Assembly: GCA_977016875.1 (NCBI GenBank)
Contig: CDRNST010000123.1
Coordinates: 3,720,001-3,784,000, forward strand
Direction of reading: 5' to 3'
Source: Pavona decussata
Lineage: Eukaryota
DNA length: 64,000 nucleotides
Under the pieces are notes generated by a model, which searched no databases, was not told the origin of the DNA, and was given only the letters and a program-made list of their open reading frames with translations. Positions 59,501 to 64,000 of this stretch are shown one piece after another. The translations under genes were made by a program, and so were the position numbers. Positions within the stretch are counted from its first letter, which is position 1, and each line of letters begins with the position of its first letter.

Positions 59501-62500
59501 GCTTATCATGCAATCACAATTCGAGCGTGAAAACCCTACCGGTTTCCTATATTTGCCAGTTTTGTCTAAGAAGAGAGAACTTGAAAAATCTTTGCAAACA
59601 TGCTGCATCGAAGCTTTTTGATGAAATTGACATTTTGAGCGAGAAAATGTCTTGTTTCACGGATAACTTTCTTGGTAACAAAAATTATTCGGATACATTT
59701 TTTAATTACTTATAATTAGTTTTTTTAGTATGTAAATAGAGGCGGTATAATTTTAGGAATCTTACACCCAGTTAAAAACCTATCTCAGATTTATCGTTGT
59801 ATTCTGAGCTCAACTAATCGATTAAACATTTTTTTCTACAAGAATAGATGAATCACGATAAAAAGAAACTACATTCGATTTTGAGACGGTATTACGACTT
59901 GATAATGACACCATGACATATGTACAGAATGTTTTCCCGTATATGGACTCTCTGCTTAATTCGCATCGTTAAGAAGTCCTTATATTGTCTCAAAACCTGC
60001 CGATTTGTTATGAGATTTGCTTGAAAGATTTGCTTCGATGCAGCATGTTTGCAAAGATTTTTCAAGTTCTCTTATCTTAGACAAAACTGGCAAATGTAGG
60101 ATTGCGTGATAAGCGTCTGAACAGGTAATGCTGAATGTAAACAAACAGAGCGAGCAGACGAAAAACAACCTTCAACTTTAAGTTATTCTTATCGTTGTTT
60201 TTGGTCATAGAGATTGTTGCGATAAAATAACTGCGCCCTTACCTTTCAAAGTTAGGGTTTTAGTCAACCCCTTTGCCCTTCTTGTGAACAATTTGTTGAA
60301 TGTTTGTTTCTCATCGCAAGAATCAAGTAAATTACCTCGGGAAATCTTCAATCAGTCATAAACAAACCATTTGAGACGACAATATCGTAAAATATCGTGG
60401 TCTCTCTTCAACAGGAAAGAGTCCACTGGATCGCGATAAAGTCATTTGTGCGCGTGTATGATGCCTAACAGATATTTTGAATCACCTGCTGCTTTGGTAT
60501 GACCAGGTCTTCCTCTTGCCCCAGATGCACCTGACCCCTTGTACTTTTCCTTCAAACATTCAGTCATATCAATCTCGCAGGATAATAAAGGAACCATTCC
60601 TGTTTCGTGCGGAGCCCATGAGGTGGCACCGCACTGATCACTTACCCCTTCAAAGGAACAAAGTGCCATCGTGAAATTACCCTTGAATTTCTTACACCTG
60701 ATAAAACATAGCCGCGAAACGGAAGAAGAACGTAACCTCGGTCCAGTCCCCACTCTCTCCTATGTCCAAAATGGCGGGCCAGTTGATTTTGCATCATCTC
60801 AATGCCCTGGCCTCGTTTGGTTATTGTATTTAGCAACACAAGTTTTTTGTTTTACTATCGAGCTCTCCTAACTGTGCATTCCTTCTTGACGGATGGTTTC
60901 ATTTACTCCGCTCTAGAGGACTCTGAAGTAACGGGTCACATCGGCACTGCTATAAACTGCAGCTCGTATATCTCTACGTAAGTTTATATATCTATGTATG
61001 CATGGCCATGCTCCTTTACTGGTGGGTATTTACAAGAACTGTTCAGGCTGTTAACAGACATAGATTATATGCTAACGACCGTTTTCGTTAAGCTAACTTT
61101 ATCTTGTAATCATAATAAAAATCAGGCCTGACAAAATATAGAGACTTTCCATGCTTGGAGCAACAGAGAAGAATTATGACTTGGAACTGAATATTAATCA
61201 ATGAAAAATTCAAGCATCGTTTAAAAGGATCGTTATATCGAAGTTAGGCCTTCATCATTTGTGCTGTTTGATGGGTACTAGGTTTTCAAAGTACAAACTA
61301 AACCTTGTTTTGCTAAATCAGGGTATTTGTTGTGCTAATCAAAGGCCTTAAAGAGCAATTGTAAGGTAAGAATCAGATTATTTCTAAACAATTAAACTGA
61401 TTTGGCTTTAGCAATTCATTTTCACTGACCAAATACAGAATAAGGGCTTCATGTCAACAATTTGGTTTGTTTATGGCGTGAATTATGCTCAAAATTCCAT
61501 TTTGCATGACCTTATAGAGGCATGGAGTGTTTGTGAAAAAAATTCAACAAACCGTGATAAGCCAAATTTTTCTCAACTGATTTTGATAGTTGGGTCACTA
61601 AAGTAAATAACCGTTTAGGTACGGATGTTATGCAAGAAGGCAGGTAGATACACTGATTTTTTGAAAAATGGCAATTTTGAGTTGTAATTTTGACATTAAT
61701 TTTGGCTTAACTCTAGCCCCAGGCTCCTCTCTGTCCAATACCTTGAGGGCAAAGTTACATCCATGAAATGAAAGCTCTATTATAGTAATATTCATGGTCA
61801 AATTCATTTGGCAGCACAATTTACCAGTTGGGTTTTATGGCACTTTCAAAATGACCCCTGAAAGGCTGGATCTTTTGTGCTCAAAGGGCAAAAAATGAGA
61901 CCTCCCCCCCCCCCCCCCCCCCTGAAACTCTAAAACTTGAAGTCAGAGAAGTGAGCCAAATTGGCTTTTCAAATATCTCATGGCAACCAACTTCTGTGCC
62001 AAGTTTCAGCCAAATCGGTTGACCACAAGATTTGGCCCCTGGAACACTTTCTCAGACAATGACACTTAAATGCTTTAAACATGAAAAAATAATTACACTC
62101 CAGGTTCTTTGGACAGCAATAAGATTCCCCAAAATACAGATAACCAATTCAGCTACAGTATCAATTCAACATGTATATTCTCCTGACTGCCCTCCATATA
62201 TTTCTTGTTACTCATTGGGAGAATTTGTTTAAAAATCAAGGCATTTCATCTTTGGTGATTATTTCCTTTATTTGCCCGACTTAAATGTTTAATGAAGCAC
62301 TGGCATTGTAAGGAAAAATTTGCTGTTGGTCACCACTGGAGATCAAAGGGATAATGTTTCTAGCCATTGCTGTGCAAACATACCGGTACATGTAAGTACC
62401 ACATACAAAAAACTCTAACTTTGTAATGCTGGTGATGTATGCTCTAGCGGGTGCTAGTTTTGTTAATTTGTATTAAATTTAAACAAGTGCATAATTATGT

Positions 62501-63521
62501 GCCCTGGTTCAACACTGTATTCAAATTTCATTTGGCATCTTCCAGACCTTTTACTCACGCATATCTTCTTGACTATGTGCTGTATGATATCCATGGTGAC
62601 AGGGGCAATTTAGAGTTGTTCAATCATCGTTGTTGATAATGCTTGTTTGTTATCTCTAGGCGAACTCTGCTGAGCAAGGAACTTGAAAATGTTCAACAGC
62701 AGTTGGAGACTCAAGTGAGTTAACAATAACAGCTACATTTATTTATTAAATTAAGTGTGTGATAAATATATCTTATTCGATGGTTTTACATATAATACGC
62801 GCGGATATTTTGCGAGTTGCGTAGTATTTTTCCGAGCCCCGAAGGGGCGAGGAAAAATACGAGCAATGAGCAAAATGTCCGCGAGTATTATATGTAAAAC
62901 CATCGAATAAGAGATTTATTATTCCACTACAAAAAGATTTTGTTATTTTGGCTTCTCTGTTTTGGTAACAGTTTTCAAATGCACCCGGCATCAACTGTCC
63001 ATCGGTATATGGCGCGTACGAATGATGTAAACAACACAGAAAGCCAGTTAAATGTCTTTAATTTGATTAGATAAAATGAAAAGATAAATGACAAGTGAAA
63101 CTTGTTTTCGAGTCTGCATCGTTTCAAAAACTATTCTTCGTCCAGTCCGGACATTGTTGCTCCTTTTTCTGCCTTTTCCGTCCGTATTCGCTCTGTTGTA
63201 AACCGGTCAAACCGGGACACTACAGTGTATTATGGTCTCATATTTTGCGCGTTCTCTTGACCTTATTTGGTGAAATGACATAATAGTGGAATAATAAAAC
63301 AAATTACAGTAATTCTGGTGGGGTTAAATGTTGAAAATACAATAATTATTATATAAGTGTCTATAGTAAGATAAAAACATTTATTATAAAATCCTATGAA
63401 TTTCAAGCAGTTTCTGATTGACTTTTCCAACATTGAATTAACTGGTCTTGCAGGAAAGGGAATTTGAACAGGAAAATGATAAACTTCAAGCTGAAAAACA
63501 AGGAAGTGAAGAACCCTCCAG
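50587..63521 (+). CDS. FER: FER/FES-family non-receptor tyrosine kinase, N-terminal F-BAR region; 3'-incomplete
   Basis: Exons 50587-50817, 54429-54895, 55631-55768, 57360-57482, 62660-62714, 63454-63521, phases consistent. The sequence matches the FES/FER F-BAR: FSVELSHKAGHEA..ELKHLE..RAKVELDYA, SPIRKAW, KDKYVKTTLKLHQNHNDYVLAL, FDSSL..PDELVVNDLTMEKLQH. SH2 and kinase domains are expected beyond the window. Confidence 0.88.
52363..52803. mobile_element. Palindromic Kolobok-like MITE (TTAA target), nested in another MITE (~52335-53026)
   Basis: TTAA|AGTGCCCATAACCCC...GGGGTTATGGGCACT|TTAA with ~200-bp arms. Confidence 0.85.
56868..57114. mobile_element. Tc1/mariner-type MITE (TA TSD)
   Basis: TA|CAGCTATTTCAATTAACGTTGTCGGATCAAAG...CTTTGATCCGACAACGTTAATTGAAATAGCTG|TA. 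Confidence 0.85.
57560..62065. mobile_element. 4.5-kb foldback DNA transposon derivative with ~2.05-kb inverted arms and TTAA target
   Basis: Left arm 57560-59614, right arm 60032-62065, ~417-bp spacer; TTAA at 57556-57559 and 62066-62069. Each arm carries an inward-facing ORF start MALCSFEGV..CG..MVPLLSC (58945+, 60669-). Confidence 0.92.
62770..63298. mobile_element. Hairpin plus second inverted repeat element (Crypton-like?)
   Basis: Hairpin TCTTATTCGATGGTTTTACATATAATAC..GTATTATATGTAAAACCATCGAATAAGA (62770-62912), then IR TTTATTATTCCACTA..TAGTGGAATAATAAA. Confidence 0.7.
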
Positions 63522-64000
63522 GTACCAGCTTGATACTATTTTCATAACATTATGACAGTGATGTAATGTTAAATATTTTGATTATGTTTGTTTTAAAACC
63601 CCTGAGCTTGGGCACAACTACAGTGCTTTTAGTTGCACTCTGGGGGCATGCACATTGTTCTATTTTTGCTGTCATCATTTTTGACGAGATTTTAACACAC
63701 CAGTTGTGCTTTCTGGACCAAAATCCAAGATGAACTATGCAAAAGGTATGCACTGTATCACTTCATGACATTAGAGCAAGCCTGGTTGACCACGGCAACT
63801 CAACTGGCCTACATTCAGAAGCCCTTGGGAGACGTACGTGCTACATGTGTGTACCTGTTAACGTTTTTTCTCAGGCCACAAATCTCACATTTTGTAAAAA
63901 CTTTGCAATTGCCTGCTCTATGCATTTGAGAATGACAGAATTTTTCACACATTTTGCCATATGTTTGCTATCCAGCTAAAGCAGTAACAAGTGAGTTTAG

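Noticed and set aside
57794-61819. Two identical 63-aa ORFs on opposite strands
   Set aside because: They are mirror images from the foldback arms, with no ATG context or coding signal.

Overview
Eukaryotic, intron-rich, AT-rich animal DNA, most likely a stony coral or other anthozoan (inferred from repeat types and gene style, not proven). From left to right: (1) the 3' part of a multi-exon gene for an LRR + Cys-rich-repeat protein with about 9 transmembrane segments (<40-7351, +); (2) a complete 14-exon phosphoserine aminotransferase, PSAT1 (11414-20581, +); (3) a ~21-kb cluster of four single-coding-exon ORFs (24443+, 30595-, 36566+, 44248+) for basic, Ser/Arg-rich, probably disordered proteins; (4) the 5' F-BAR half of a FER/FES-like tyrosine kinase (50587->63521, +), whose intron 4 holds a 4.5-kb foldback element with ~2-kb arms. 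The cluster is the best candidate for an undescribed system. Three of its proteins share a C-terminal C-[RT]-Y-[LI]-R motif, three carry PxIxIT-type calcineurin-docking motifs, all four have many PKA-type sites, and the first gene lies downstream of a tandem repeat containing five perfect CRE palindromes. Intergenic and intronic DNA is dense with MITEs, and there are two inverted pairs of minimal hammerhead ribozymes. All calls were made by eye; no database searches were run.
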